Shown here: positions 38,901 to 53,399 of the stretch, one piece after another
Position numbering within the stretch: the first letter of the stretch is position 1
How the letters are laid out: each line of letters starts with the position of its first letter
Assembly (NCBI GenBank): GCA_964016885.1
Contig: OZ024758.1
Location: 38,378,001 to 38,442,000 of the forward strand
DNA length: 64,000 nucleotides
DNA from: Eledone cirrhosa
Lineage: Eukaryota
Direction of reading: 5' to 3'
Notes under the pieces: model-generated
Database searches by the model: none
What the model was told of the DNA's origin: nothing
What the model saw: the letters and a program-made list of their open reading frames with translations, nothing else
Program-made: the position numbers and the translations under genes

Positions 38901-41900
38901 TGGTACTAGCTGTCAGAAGTAACTCCAATGTTGGTGAGAATTCATTTAAGTTCATGGTATTAGCTGTCAGAAGTAACTCCACTGTTGGTGAGAATTCATT
39001 TAAGTCATGGTATTAGCTGTCAGAAGTAACTCCAATGTTGGTGAGAATTCATTTAAGTTCATGGTACTAGCTGTCAGAAGTAACTCCACTGTTGGTGAGA
39101 ATTCATTTAAGTTCATGGTATTAGTTTGTCAGAAGTAACTCCACTGTTGGTGAGAATTCATTTAAGTCATGGTATTAGTTGTCAGAAGTTTACTCCAATG
39201 TTGGTGAGAATTCATTTAAGTTCATGGTACTAGCTGTCAGAAGTAACTCCACTGTTGGTGAGAATTCATTTAAGTTCATGGTATTAGCTGTCAGAAGTAA
39301 CTCCACTGTTGGTGAGAATTCATTTAAGTCATGGTATTAGCTGTCAGAAGTAACTCCAATGTTGGTGAGAATTCATTTAAGTCATGGTACTAGCTGTCAG
39401 AAGTAACTCCAATGTTGGTGAGAATTCAGTTAAGTTCATGGTATTAGTTTGTCAGAAGTAACTCCACTGTTGGTGAGAATTCATTTAAGTCATGGTATTA
39501 GTTGTCAGAAGTTTACTCCAATGTTGGTGAGAATTCATTTAAGTTCATGGTACTAGCTGTCAGAAGTAACCCCAATGTTGGTGAGAATTCATTTAAGTTC
39601 ATGGTATTAGCTGTCAGAAGTCACTCCAATGTTGGTGAGAATTCATTTAAGTTCATGGTATTAGCTGTGAGAAGTCACTCCACTGTTGGTGAGAATTCAT
39701 TTAAGTTCATGGTATTAGCTGTCAGAAGTACCTCCACTGTTGGTGAGAATTCATTTAAGTTCATGGTATTAGCTGTCAGAAGTAACTCCACTGTTGGTGA
39801 GAATTCATTTAAGTTCATGGTATTAGCTGTCAGAAGTAACTCCACTGTTGGTGAGAATTCATTTAAGTTCATGGTACTAGCTGTCAGAAGTAACTCCACT
39901 GTTGGTGAGAATTGATTTAAGTTCATGGTACTAGCTGTCAGAAGTAACTCCACTGTTGGTGAGAATTCATTTAAGTTCATGGTACTAGCTGTCAGAAGTA
40001 ACCCCAATGTTGGTGAGAATTCATTTAAGTTCATGGTATTAGCTGTCAGAAGTCACTCCAATGTTGGTGAGAATTCATTTAAGTTCATGGTATTAGCTGT
40101 GAGAAGTCACTCCACTGTTGGTGAGAATTCATTTAAGTTCATGGTATTAGCTGTCAGAAGTACCTCCACTGTTGGTGAGAATTCATTTAAGTTCATGGTA
40201 TTAGCTGTCAGAAGTAACTCCACTGTTGGTGAGAATTCATTTAAGTTCATGGTATTAGCTGTCAGAAGGAACTCCAATGTTGGTGAGAATTCATTTAAGT
40301 CATGGTACTAGCTGTCAGAAGTAACTCCACAGTTGGTGAGAATTCATTTAAGTTCGTGGTATTAGCTGTCAGAAGTAACTCCACTGTTGGTGAGAATTCA
40401 TTTAAGTTCATGGTATTAGTTTGTCAGAAGTAACTCCACTGTTGGTGAGAATTCATTTAATTCATGGTATTAGTTGTCAGAAGTAACTCCAATGTTGGTG
40501 AGAATTCATTTAAGTCATGGTACTAGCTGTCAGAAGTAACTCCAATGTTGGTGAGAATTCATTTAAGTTCATGGTATTAGCTGTCAGAAGGAACTCCACT
40601 GTTGGTGAGAATTCATTTAAGTTCATGGTATTAGCTGTCAGAAGTAACTCCACTGTTGGCGAGAATTCATTTAAGTTCATGGTACTAGCTGTCAGAAGTA
40701 ACTCCAATGTTGGTGAGAATTCATTTAAGTTCATGGTATTAGCTGTCAGAAGTAACTCCACTGTTGGTGAGAATTCATTTAAGTCATGGTATTAGCTGTC
40801 AGAAGTAACTCCAATGTTGGTGAGAATTCATTTAAGTTCATGGTACTAGCTGTCAGAAGTAACTCCACTGTTGGTGAGAATTCATTTAAGTTCATGGTAT
40901 TAGTTTGTCAGAAGTAACTCCACTGTTGGTGAGAATTCATTTAAGTCATGGTATTAGTTGTCAGAAGTTTACTCCAATGTTGGTGAGAATTCATTTAAGT
41001 TCATGGTACTAGCTGTCAGAAGTAACTCCACTGTTGGTGAGAATTCATTTAAGTTCATGGTATTAGCTGTCAGAAGTAACTCCACTGTTGGTGAGAATTC
41101 ATTTAAGTCATGGTATTAGCTGTCAGAAGTAACTCCAATGTTGGTGAGAATTCATTTAAGTCATGGTACTAGCTGTCAGAAGTAACTCCAATGTTGGTGA
41201 GAATTCAGTTAAGTTCATGGTATTAGTTTGTCAGAAGTAACTCCACTGTTGGTGACAATTCATTTAAGTCATGGTATTAGTTGTCAGAAGTTTACTCCAA
41301 TGTTGGTGAGAATTCATTTAAGTTCATGGTACTAGCTGTCAGAAGTAACTCCACTGTTGGTGAGAATTCATTTAAGTTCATGGTATTAGCTGTCAGAAGT
41401 AACTCCACTGTTGGTGAGAAATCATTTAAGTCATGGTATTAGTTGTCAGAAGTAACTCCAATGTTGGTGAGAATTCATTTAAGTTCATGGTACTAGCTGT
41501 CAGAAGTAACTCCACTGTTGGTGAGAATTCATTTAAGTTCATGGTATTAGCTGTCACAAGTAACTCCACTGTTGGTGAGAATTCATTTAAGTCATGGTAT
41601 TAGTTGTCAGAAGTAACTCCAATGTTGGTGAGAATTCATTTAAGTTCATGGTACTAACTGTCAGAAGTAACTCCACTGTTGGTGAGAATTCATTTAAGTT
41701 CATGGTATTAGCTGTCAGAAGTAACTCCACTGTTGGTGAGAATTCATTTAAGTCATGGTATTAGCTGTCAGAAGTAACTCCAATGTTGGTGAGAATTCAT
41801 TTAAGTCTTGGTACTAGCTGTCAGAAGTAACTCCAATGTTGGTGAGAATTCAGTTAAGTTCATGGTATTAGCTGTCAGAAGGAACTCCACTGTTGGTGAG

Positions 41901-44900
41901 AATTCATTTAAGTTCATGGTATTAGCTGTCAGAAGTAACTCCACTGTTGGTGAGAATTCATTTAAGTTCATGGTACTAGCTGTCAGAAGTAACTCCACTG
42001 TTGGTGAGAATTCATTTAAGTACATGGTACTAGCCGTCAGAAGTAACTCCACTGTTGGTGAGAATTCAGTTAAGTTCATGGTATTAGTTGTCAGAAGTAA
42101 CTCCACTGTTGGTGAGAATTCATTTAAATCATGGTATTAGTTGTCAGAAGTAACTCCAATGTTGGTGAGAATTCATTTAAGTTCATGGTACTAGCTGTCA
42201 GAAGTAACTCCACTGTTGGTGAGAATTCATTTAAGTTCATGGTATTAGCTGTCAGAAGTAACTCCACTGTTGGTGAGAATTCATTTAAGTCATGGTATTA
42301 GCTGTCAGAAGTAACTCCATTGTTGGTGAGAATTCATTTAAGTCATGGTACTAGCTGTCAGAAGTAACTCCACTGTTGGTGAGAATTCATTTAAGTTCAT
42401 GGTATTAGCTGTCAGAAGGAACTCCACTGTTGGTAAGAATTCATTTAAGTTCATGGTATTAGCTGTCAGAAGTAACTCCACTGTTGGTGAGAATTCATTT
42501 AATTCATGGTACTAGCTGTCAGAAGTAACTCCACTGTTGGTGAGAATTCATTTAAGTTCATGGTACTAGCTGTCAGAAGTAACCCCAATGTTGGTGAGAA
42601 TTCATTTAAGTTCATGGTATTAGCTGTCAGAAGTCACTCCAATGTTGGTGAGAATTCATTTAAGTTCATGGTATTAGCTGTGAGAAGTCACTCCACTGTT
42701 GGTGAGAATTCATTTAAGTTCATGGTATTAGCTGTCAGAAGTACCTCCACTGTTGGTGAGAATTCATTTAAGTTCATGGTATTAGCTGTCAGAAGTAACT
42801 CCACTGTTGGTGAGAATTCATTTAAGTTCATGGTATTAGCTGTCAGAAGTAACTCCACTGTTGGTGAGAATTCATTTAAGTTCATGGTACTAGCTGTCAG
42901 AAGTAACTCCACTGTTGGTGAGAATTGATTTAAGTTCATGGTACTAGCTGTCAGAAGTAACTCCACTGTTGGTGAGAATTCATTTAAGTTCATGGTACTA
43001 GCTGTCAGAAGTAACCCCAATGTTGGTGAGAATTCATTTAAGTTCATGGTATTAGCTGTCAGAAGTCACTCCAATGTTGGTGAGAATTCATTTAAGTTCA
43101 TGGTATTAGCTGTGAGAAGTCACTCCACTGTTGGTGAGAATTCATTTAAGTTCATGGTATTAGCTGTCAGAAGTACCTCCACTGTTGGTGAGAATTCATT
43201 TAAGTTCATGGTATTAGCTGTCAGAAGTAACTCCACTGTTGGTGAGAATTCATTTAAGTTCATGGTATTAGCTGTCAGAAGGAACTCCAATGTTGGTGAG
43301 AATTCATTTAAGTCATGGTACTAGCTGTCAGAAGTAACTCCACTGTTGGTGAGAATTCATTTAAGTTCATGGTATTAGTTTGTCAGAAGTAACTCCACTG
43401 TTGGTGAGAATTCATTTAATTCATGGTATTAGTTGTCAGAAGTAACTCCAATGTTGGTGAGAATTCATTTAAGTCATGGTACTAGCTGTCAGAAGTAACT
43501 CCAATGTTGGTGAGAATTCATTTAAGTTCATGGTATTAGCTGTCAGAAGGAACTCCACTGTTGGTGAGAATTCATTTAAGTTCATGGTATTAGCTGTCAG
43601 AAGTAACTCCACTGTTGGCGAGAATTCATTTAAGTTCATGGTACTAGCTGTCAGAAGTAACTCCAATGTTGGTGAGAATTCATTTAAGTTCATGTTATTA
43701 GCTGTCAGAAGTAACTCCACTGTTGGTGAGAATTCATTTAAGTCATGGTATTAGCTGTCAGAAGTAACTCCAATGTTGGTGAGAATTCATTTAAGTTCAT
43801 GGTACTAGCTGTCAGAAGTAACTCCACTGTTGGTGAGAATTCATTTAAGTTCATGGTATTAGTTTGTCAGAAGTAACTCCACTGTTGGTGAGAATTCATT
43901 TAAGTCATGGTATTAGTTGTCAGAAGTTTACTCCAATGTTGGTGAGAATTCATTTAAGTTCATGGTACTAGCTGTCAGAAGTAACTCCACTGTTGGTGAG
44001 AATTCATTTAAGTTCATGGTATTAGCTGTCAGAAGTAACTCCACTGTTGGTGAGAATTCATTTAAGTCATGGTATTAGCTGTCAGAAGTAACTCCAATGT
44101 TGGTGAGAATTCATTTAAGTCATGGTACTAGCTGTCAGAAGTAACTCCAATGTTGGTGAGAATTCAGTTAAGTTCATGGTATTAGCTGTCAGAAGGAACT
44201 CCACTGTTGGTGAGAATTCATTTAAGTTCATGGTATTAGCTGTCAGAAGTAACTCCACTGTTGGTGAGAATTCATTTAAGTTCATGGTACTAGCTGTCAG
44301 AAGTAACTCCACTGTTGGTGAGAATTCATTTAAGTTCATGGTACTAGCTGTCAGAAGTAACTCCACTGTTGGTGAGAATTCAGTTAAGTTCATGGTATTA
44401 GTTGTCAGAAGTAACTCCACTGTTGGTGAGAATTCATTTAAATCATGGTATTAGTTGTCAGAAGTAACTCCAATGTTGGTGAGAATTCATTTAATTTCAT
44501 GGTACTAGCTGTCAGAAGTAACTCCACTGTTGGTGAGAATTCATTTAAGTCATGGTATTAGTTGTCAGAAGTAACTCCAATGTTGGTGAGAATTCATTTA
44601 AGTTCATGGTACTAGCTGTCAGAAGTAACTCCACTGTTGGTGAGAATTCATTTAAGTTCATGGTATTAGCTGTCAGAAGTAACTCCACTGTTGGTGAGAA
44701 TTCATTTAAGTCATGGTATTAGTTGTCAGAAGTAACTCCAATGTTGGTGAGAATTCATTTAAGTTCATGGTACTAGCTGTCAGAAGTAACTCCACTGTTG
44801 GTGAGAATTCATTTAAGTTCATGGTATTAGCTGTCAGAAGTAACTCCACTGTTGGTGAGAATTCATTTAAGTTCATGGTATTAGCTGTCAGAAGTAACTC

Positions 44901-45141
44901 CACTGTTGGTGAGAATTCATTTAAGTTCATGGTATTAGCTGTCAGAAGTAACTCCACTGTTGGTGAGAATTCATTTAAGTTCATGGTATTAGCTGTCAGA
45001 AGGAACTCCAATGTTGGTGAGAATTCATTTAAGTCATGGTACTAGCTGTCAGAAGTAACTCCACTGTTGGTGAGAATTCATTTAAGTTCATGGTATTAGC
45101 TGTCAGAAGTAACTCCACTGTTGGTGAGAATTCATTTAAGT
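32952..45141 (+). repeat. Long-range copy of about 4590-18017 (offset 28,362 bp, 27,016 bp distally)
   Basis: ORF pairs 4614/32976, 6392/34754, 6985/35347, 10376/38738, 11140/39502 and 12155/40517 are offset 28362. Shared rare SNPs: tattatct (5055/33417) and gtccgaag (7000/35362). Confidence 0.9.
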
Positions 45142-48100
45142 CATGGTATTAGCTGTCAGAAGTAACTCCAATGTTGGTGAGAATTCATTTAAGTCATGGT
45201 ACTAGCTGTCAGAAGTAACTCCAATGTTGGTGAGAATTCAGTTAAGTTCATGGTATTAGTTTGTCAGAAGTAACTCCACTGTTGGTGAGAATTCATTTAA
45301 GTCATGGTATTAGTTGTCAGAAGTTTACTCCAATGTTGGTGAGAATTCATTTAAGTTCATGGTACTAGCTGTCAGAAGTAACTCCACTGTTGGTGAGAAT
45401 TCATTTAAGTTCATGGTATTAGCTGTCAGAAGTAACTCCACTGTTGGTGAGAAATCATTTAAGTCATGGTATTAGTTGTCAGAAGTAACTCCAATGTTGG
45501 TGAGAATTCATTTAAGTTCATGGTACTAGCTGTCAGAAGTAACTCCACTGTTGGTGAGAATTCATTTAAGTTCATGGTATTAGCTGTCACAAGTAACTCC
45601 ACTGTTGGTGAGAATTCATTTAAGTCATGGTATTAGTTGTCAGAAGTAACTCCAATGTTGGTGAGAATTCATTTAAGTTCATGGTACTAGCTGTCAGAAG
45701 TAACTCCACTGTTGGTGAGAATTCATTTAAGTTCATGGTATTAGCTGTCAGAAGTAACTCCACTGTTGGTGAGAATTCATTTAAGTCATGGTATTAGCTG
45801 TCAGAAGTAACTCCAATGTTGGTGAGAATTCATTTAAGTCTTGGTACTAGCTGTCAGAAGTAACTCCAATGTTGGTGAGAATTCAGTTAAGTTCATGGTA
45901 TTAGCTGTCAGAAGGAACTCCACTGTTGGTGAGAATTCATTTAAGTTCATGGTATTAGCTGTCAGAAGTAACTCCACTGTTGGTGAGAATTCATTTAAGT
46001 TCATGGTACTAGCTGTCAGAAGTAACTCCACTGTTGGTGAGAATTCATTTAAGTTCATGGTACTAGCCGTCAGAAGTAACTCCACTGTTGGTGAGAATTC
46101 AGTTAAGTTCATGGTATTAGTTGTCAGAAGTAACTCCACTGTTGGTGAGAATTCATTTAAATCATGGTATTAGTTGTCAGAAGTAACTCCAATGTTGGTG
46201 AGAATTCATTTAAGTTCATGGTACTAGCTGTCAGAAGTAACTCCACTGTTGGTGAGAATTCATTTAAGTTCATGGTATTAGCTGTCAGAAGTAACTCCAC
46301 TGTTGGTGAGAATTCATTTAAGTCATGGTATTAGCTGTCAGAAGTAACTCCATTGTTGGTGAGAATTCATTTAAGTCATGGTACTAGCTGTCAGAAGTAA
46401 CTCCACTGTTGGTGAGAATTCATTTAAGTTCATGGTATTAGCTGTCAGAAGGAACTCCACTGTTGGTAAGAATTCATTTAAGTTCATGGTATTAGCTGTC
46501 AGAAGTAACTCCACTGTTGGTGAGAATTCATTTAATTCATGGTACTAGCTGTCAGAAGTAACTCCACTGTTGGTGAGAATTCATTTAAGTTCATGGTACT
46601 AGCTGTCAGAAGTAACCCCAATGTTGGTGAGAATTCATTTAAGTTCATGGTATTAGCTGTCAGAAGTCACTCCAATGTTGGTGAGAATTCATTTAAGTTC
46701 ATGGTATTAGCTGTGAGAAGTCACTCCACTGTTGGTGAGAATTCATTTAAGTTCATGGTATTAGCTGTCAGAAGTACCTCCACTGTTGGTGAGAATTCAT
46801 TTAAGTTCATGGTATTAGCTGTCAGAAGTAACTCCACTGTTGGTGAGAATTCATTTAAGTTCATGGTATTAGCTGTCAGAAGTAACTCCACTGTTGGTGA
46901 GAATTCATTTAAGTTCATGGTACTAGCTGTCAGAAGTAACTCCACTGTTGGTGAGAATTGATTTAAGTTCATGGTACTAGCTGTCAGAAGTAACTCCACT
47001 GTTGGTGAGAATTCATTTAAGTTCATGGTACTAGCTGTCAGAAGTAACCCCAATGTTGGTGAGAATTCATTTAAGTTCATGGTATTAGCTGTCAGAAGTC
47101 ACTCCAATGTTGGTGAGAATTCATTTAAGTTCATGGTATTAGCTGTGAGAAGTCACTCCACTGTTGGTGAGAATTCATTTAAGTTCATGGTATTAGCTGT
47201 CAGAAGTACCTCCACTGTTGGTGAGAATTCATTTAAGTTCATGGTATTTGCTGTCAGAAGTAACTCCACTGTTGGTGAGAATTCATTTAAGTTCATGGTA
47301 TTAGCTGTCAGAAGGAACTCCAATGTTGGTGAGAATTCATTTAAGTCATGGTACTAGCTGTCAGAAGTAACTCCACTGTTGGTGAGAATTCATTTAATTC
47401 ATGGTATTAGTTGTCAGAAGTAACTCCAATGTTGGTGAGAATTCATTTAAGTCATGGTACTAGCTGTCAGAAGTAACTCCAATGTTGGTGAGAATTCATT
47501 TAAGTTCATGGTATTAGCTGTCAGAAGGAACTCCACTGTTGGTGAGAATTCATTTAAGTTCATGGTATTAGCTGTCAGAAGTAACTCCACTGTTGGCGAG
47601 AATTCATTTAAGTTCATGGTACTAGCTGTCAGAAGTAACTCCAATGTTGGTGAGAATTCATTTAAGTTCATGGTATTAGCTGTCAGAAGTAACTCCACTG
47701 TTGGTGAGAATTCATTTAAGTCATGGTATTAGCTGTCAGAAGTAACTCCAATGTTGGTGAGAATTCATTTAAGTTCATGGTACTAGCTGTCAGAAGTAAC
47801 TCCACTGTTGGTGAGAATTCATTTAAGTTCATGGTATTAGTTTGTCAGAAGTAACTCCACTGTTGGTGAGAATTCATTTAAGTCATGGTATTAGTTGTCA
47901 GAAGTTTACTCCAATGTTGGTGAGAATTCATTTAAGTTCATGGTACTAGCTGTCAGAAGTAACTCCACTGTTGGTGAGAATTCATTTAAGTTCATGGTAT
48001 TAGCTGTCAGAAGTAACTCCACTGTTGGTGAGAATTCATTTAAGTCATGGTATTAGCTGTCAGAAGTAACTCCAATGTTGGTGAGAATTCATTTAAGTCA

Positions 48101-51100
48101 TGGTACTAGCTGTCAGAAGTAACTCCAATGTTGGTGAGAATTCAGTTAAGTTCATGGTATTAGCTGTCAGAAGGAACTCCACTGTTGGTGAGAATTCATT
48201 TAAGTTCATGGTATTAGCTGTCAGAAGTAACTCCACTGTTGGTGAGAATTCATTTAAGTTCATGGTACTAGCTGTCAGAAGTAACTCCACTGTTGGTGAG
48301 AATTCATTTAAGTTCATGGTACTAGCTGTCAGAAGTAACTCCACTGTTGGTGAGAATTCAGTTAAGTTCATGGTATTAGTTGTCAGAAGTAACTCCACTG
48401 TTGGTGAGAATTCATTTAAATCATGGTATTAGTTGTCAGAAGTAACTCCAATGTTGGTGAGAATTCATTTAATTTCATGGTACTAGCTGTCAGAAGTAAC
48501 TCCACTGTTGGTGAGAATTCATTTAAGTCATGGTATTAGTTGTCAGAAGTAACTCCAATGTTGGTGAGAATTCATTTAAGTTCATGGTACTAGCTGTCAG
48601 AAGTAACTCCACTGTTGGTGAGAATTCATTTAAGTTCATGGTATTAGCTGTCAGAAGTAACTCCACTGTTGGTGAGAATTCATTTAAGTCATGGTATTAG
48701 TTGTCAGAAGTAACTCCAATGTTGGTGAGAATTCATTTAAGTTCATGGTATTAGTTTGTCAGAAGTAACTCCACTGTTGGTGAGAATTCATTTAATTCAT
48801 GGTATTAGTTGTCAGAAGTAACTCCAATGTTGGTGAGAATTCATTTAAGTCATGGTACTAGCTGTCAGAAGTAACTCCAATGTTGGTGAGAATTCATTTA
48901 AGTTCATGGTATTAGCTGTCAGAAGGAACTCCACTGTTGGTGAGAATTCATTTAAGTTCATGGTATTAGCTGTCAGAAGTAACTCCACTGTTGGCGAGAA
49001 TTCATTTAAGTTCATGGTACTAGCTGTCAGAAGTAACTCCAATGTTGGTGAGAATTCATTTAAGTTCATGGTATTAGCTGTCAGAAGTAACTCCACTGTT
49101 GGTGAGAATTCATTTAAGTCATGGTATTAGCTGTCAGAAGTAACTCCAATGTTGGTGAGAATTCATTTAAGTTCATGGTACTAGCTGTCAGAAGTAACTC
49201 CACTGTTGGTGAGAATTCATTTAAGTTCATGGTATTAGTTTGTCAGAAGTAACTCCACTGTTGGTGAGAATTCATTTAAGTCATGGTATTAGTTGTCAGA
49301 AGTTTACTCCAATGTTGGTGAGAATTCATTTAAGTTCATGGTACTAGCTGTCAGAAGTAACTCCACTGTTGGTGAGAATTCATTTAAGTTCATGGTATTA
49401 GCTGTCAGAAGTAACTCCACTGTTGGTGAGAATTCATTTAAGTCATGGTATTAGCTGTCAGAAGTAACTCCAATGTTGGTGAGAATTCATTTAAGTCATG
49501 GTACTAGCTGTCAGAAGTAACTCCAATGTTGGTGAGAATTCAGTTAAGTTCATGGTATTAGTTTGTCAGAAGTAACTCCACTGTTGGTGACAATTCATTT
49601 AAGTCATGGTATTAGTTGTCAGAAGTTTACTCCAATGTTGGTGAGAATTCATTTAAGTTCATGGTACTAGCTGTCAGAAGTAACTCCACTGTTGGTGAGA
49701 ATTCATTTAAGTTCATGGTATTAGCTGTCAGAAGTAACTCCACTGTTGGTGAGAAATCATTTAAGTCATGGTATTAGTTGTCAGAAGTAACTCCAATGTT
49801 GGTGAGAATTCATTTAAGTTCATGGTACTAGCTGTCAGAAGTAACTCCACTGTTGGTGAGAATTCATTTAAGTTCATGGTATTAGCTGTCACAAGTAACT
49901 CCACTGTTGGTGAGAATTCATTTAAGTCATGGTATTAGTTGTCAGAAGTAACTCCAATGTTGGTGAGAATTCATTTAAGTTCATGGTACTAGCTGTCAGA
50001 AGTAACTCCACTGTTGGTGAGAATTCATTTAAGTTCATGGTATTAGCTGTCAGAAGTAACTCCACTGTTGGTGAGAATTCATTTAAGTCATGGTATTAGC
50101 TGTCAGAAGTAACTCCAATGTTGGTGAGAATTCATTTAAGTCTTGGTACTAGCTGTCAGAAGTAACTCCAATGTTGGTGAGAATTCAGTTAAGTTCATGG
50201 TATTAGCTGTCAGAAGGAACTCCACTGTTGGTGAGAATTCATTTAAGTTCATGGTATTAGCTGTCAGAAGTAACTCCACTGTTGGTGAGAATTCATTTAA
50301 GTTCATGGTACTAGCTGTCAGAAGTAACTCCACTGTTGGTGAGAATTCATTTAAGTACATGGTACTAGCCGTCAGAAGTAACTCCACTGTTGGTGAGAAT
50401 TCAGTTAAGTTCATGGTATTAGTTGTCAGAAGTAACTCCACTGTTGGTGAGAATTCATTTAAATCATGGTATTAGTTGTCAGAAGTAACTCCGATGTTGG
50501 TGAGAATTCATTTAAGTTCATGGTACTAGCTGTCAGAAGTAACTCCACTGTTGGTGAGAATTCATTTAAGTTCATGGTATTAGCTGTCAGAAGTAACTCC
50601 ACTGTTGGTGAGAATTCATTTAAGTCATGGTATTAGCTGTCAGAAGTAACTCCATTGTTGGTGAGAATTCATTTAAGTCATGGTACTAGCTGTCAGAAGT
50701 AACTCCACTGTTGGTGAGAATTCATTTAAGTTCATGGTATTAGCTGTCAGAAGGAACTCCACTGTTGGTAAGAATTCATTTAAGTTCATGGTATTAGCTG
50801 TCAGAAGTAACTCCACTGTTGGTGAGAATTCATTTAATTCATGGTACTAGCTGTCAGAAGTAACTCCACTGTTGGTGAGAATTCATTTAAGTTCATGGTA
50901 CTAGCTGTCAGAAGTAACCCCAATGTTGGTGAGAATTCATTTAAGTTCATGGTATTAGCTGTCAGAAGTCACTCCAATGTTGGTGAGAATTCATTTAAGT
51001 TCATGGTATTAGCTGTGAGAAGTCACTCCACTGTTGGTGAGAATTCATTTAAGTTCATGGTATTAGCTGTCAGAAGTACCTCCACTGTTGGTGAGAATTC

Positions 51101-53399
51101 ATTTAAGTTCATGGTATTAGCTGTCAGAAGTAACTCCACTGTTGGTGAGAATTCATTTAAGTTCATGGTATTAGCTGTCAGAAGTAACTCCACTGTTGGT
51201 GAGAATTCATTTAAGTTCATGGTACTAGCTGTCAGAAGTAACTCCACTGTTGGTGAGAATTGATTTAAGTTCATGGTACTAGCTGTCAGAAGTAACTCCA
51301 CTGTTGGTGAGAATTCATTTAAGTTCATGGTACTAGCTGTCAGAAGTAACCCCAATGTTGGTGAGAATTCATTTAAGTTCATGGTATTAGCTGTCAGAAG
51401 TCACTCCAATGTTGGTGAGAATTCATTTAAGTTCATGGTATTAGCTGTGAGAAGTCACCCCACTGTTGGTGAGAATTCATTTAAGTTCATGGTATTAGCT
51501 GTCAGAAGTACCTCCACTGTTGGTGAGAATTCATTTAAGTTCATGGTATTAGCTGTCAGAAGTAACTCCACTGTTGGTGAGAATTCATTTAAGTTCATGG
51601 TATTAGCTGTCAGAAGGAACTCCAATGTTGGTGAGAATTCATTTAAGTCATGGTACTAGCTGTCAGAAGTAACTCCACTGTTGGTGAGAATTCATTTAAG
51701 TTCATGGTATTAGTTTGTCAGAAGTAACTCCACTGTTGGTGAGAATTCATTTAATTCATGGTATTAGTTGTCAGAAGTAACTCCAATGTTGGTGAGAATT
51801 CATTTAAGTCATGGTACTAGCTGTCAGAAGTAACTCCAATGTTGGTGAGAATTCATTTAAGTTCATGGTATTAGCTGTCAGAAGGAACTCCACTGTTGGT
51901 GAGAATTCATTTAAGTTCATGGTATTAGCTGTCAGAAGTAACTCCACTGTTGGCGAGAATTCATTTAAGTTCATGGTACTAGCTGTCAGAAGTAACTCCA
52001 ATGTTGGTGAGAATTCATTTAAGTTCATGTTATTAGCTGTCAGAAGTAACTCCACTGTTGGTGAGAATTCATTTAAGTCATGGTATTAGCTGTCAGAAGT
52101 AACTCCAATGTTGGTGAGAATTCATTTAAGTTCATGGTACTAGCTGTCAGAAGTAACTCCACTGTTGGTGAGAATTCATTTAAGTTCATGGTATTAGTTT
52201 GTCAGAAGTAACTCCACTGTTGGTGAGAATTCATTTAAGTCATGGTATTAGTTGTCAGAAGTTTACTCCAATGTTGGTGAGAATTCATTTAAGTTCATGG
52301 TACTAGCTGTCAGAAGTAACTCCACTGTTGGTGAGAATTCATTTAAGTTCATGGTATTAGCTGTCAGAAGTAACTCCACTGTTGGTGAGAATTCATTTAA
52401 GTCATGGTATTAGCTGTCAGAAGTAACTCCAATGTTGGTGAGAATTCATTTAAGTCATGGTACTAGCTGTCAGAAGTAACTCCAATGTTGGTGAGAATTC
52501 AGTTAAGTTCATGGTATTAGCTGTCAGAAGGAACTCCACTGTTGGTGAGAATTCATTTAAGTTCATGGTATTAGCTGTCAGAAGTAACTCCACTGTTGGT
52601 GAGAATTCATTTAAGTTCATGGTACTAGCTGTCAGAAGTAACTCCACTGTTGGTGAGAATTCATTTAAGTTCATGGTACTAGCTGTCAGAAGTAACTCCA
52701 CTGTTGGTGAGAATTCAGTTAAGTTCATGGTATTAGTTGTCAGAAGTAACTCCACTGTTGGTGAGAATTCATTTAAATCATGGTATTAGTTGTCAGAAGT
52801 AACTCCAATGTTGGTGAGAATTCATTTAATTTCATGGTACTAGCTGTCAGAAGTAACTCCACTGTTGGTGAGAATTCATTTAAGTCATGGTATTAGTTGT
52901 CAGAAGTAACTCCAATGTTGGTGAGAATTCATTTAAGTTCATGGTACTAGCTGTCAGAAGTAACTCCACTGTTGGTGAGAATTCATTTAAGTTCATGGTA
53001 TTAGCTGTCAGAAGTAACTCCACTGTTGGTGAGAATTCATTTAAGTCATGGTATTAGTTGTCAGAAGTAACTCCAATGTTGGTGAGAATTCATTTAAGTT
53101 CATGGTACTAGCTGTCAGAAGTAACTCCACTGTTGGTGAGAATTCATTTAAGTTCATGGTATTAGCTGTCAGAAGTAACTCCACTGTTGGTGAGAATTCA
53201 TTTAAGTTCATGGTATTAGCTGTCAGAAGTAACTCCACTGTTGGTGAGAATTCATTTAAGTTCATGGTATTAGCTGTCAGAAGTAACTCCACTGTTGGTG
53301 AGAATTCATTTAAGTTCATGGTATTAGCTGTCAGAAGGAACTCCAATGTTGGTGAGAATTCATTTAAGTCATGGTACTAGCTGTCAGAAGTAACTCCAC

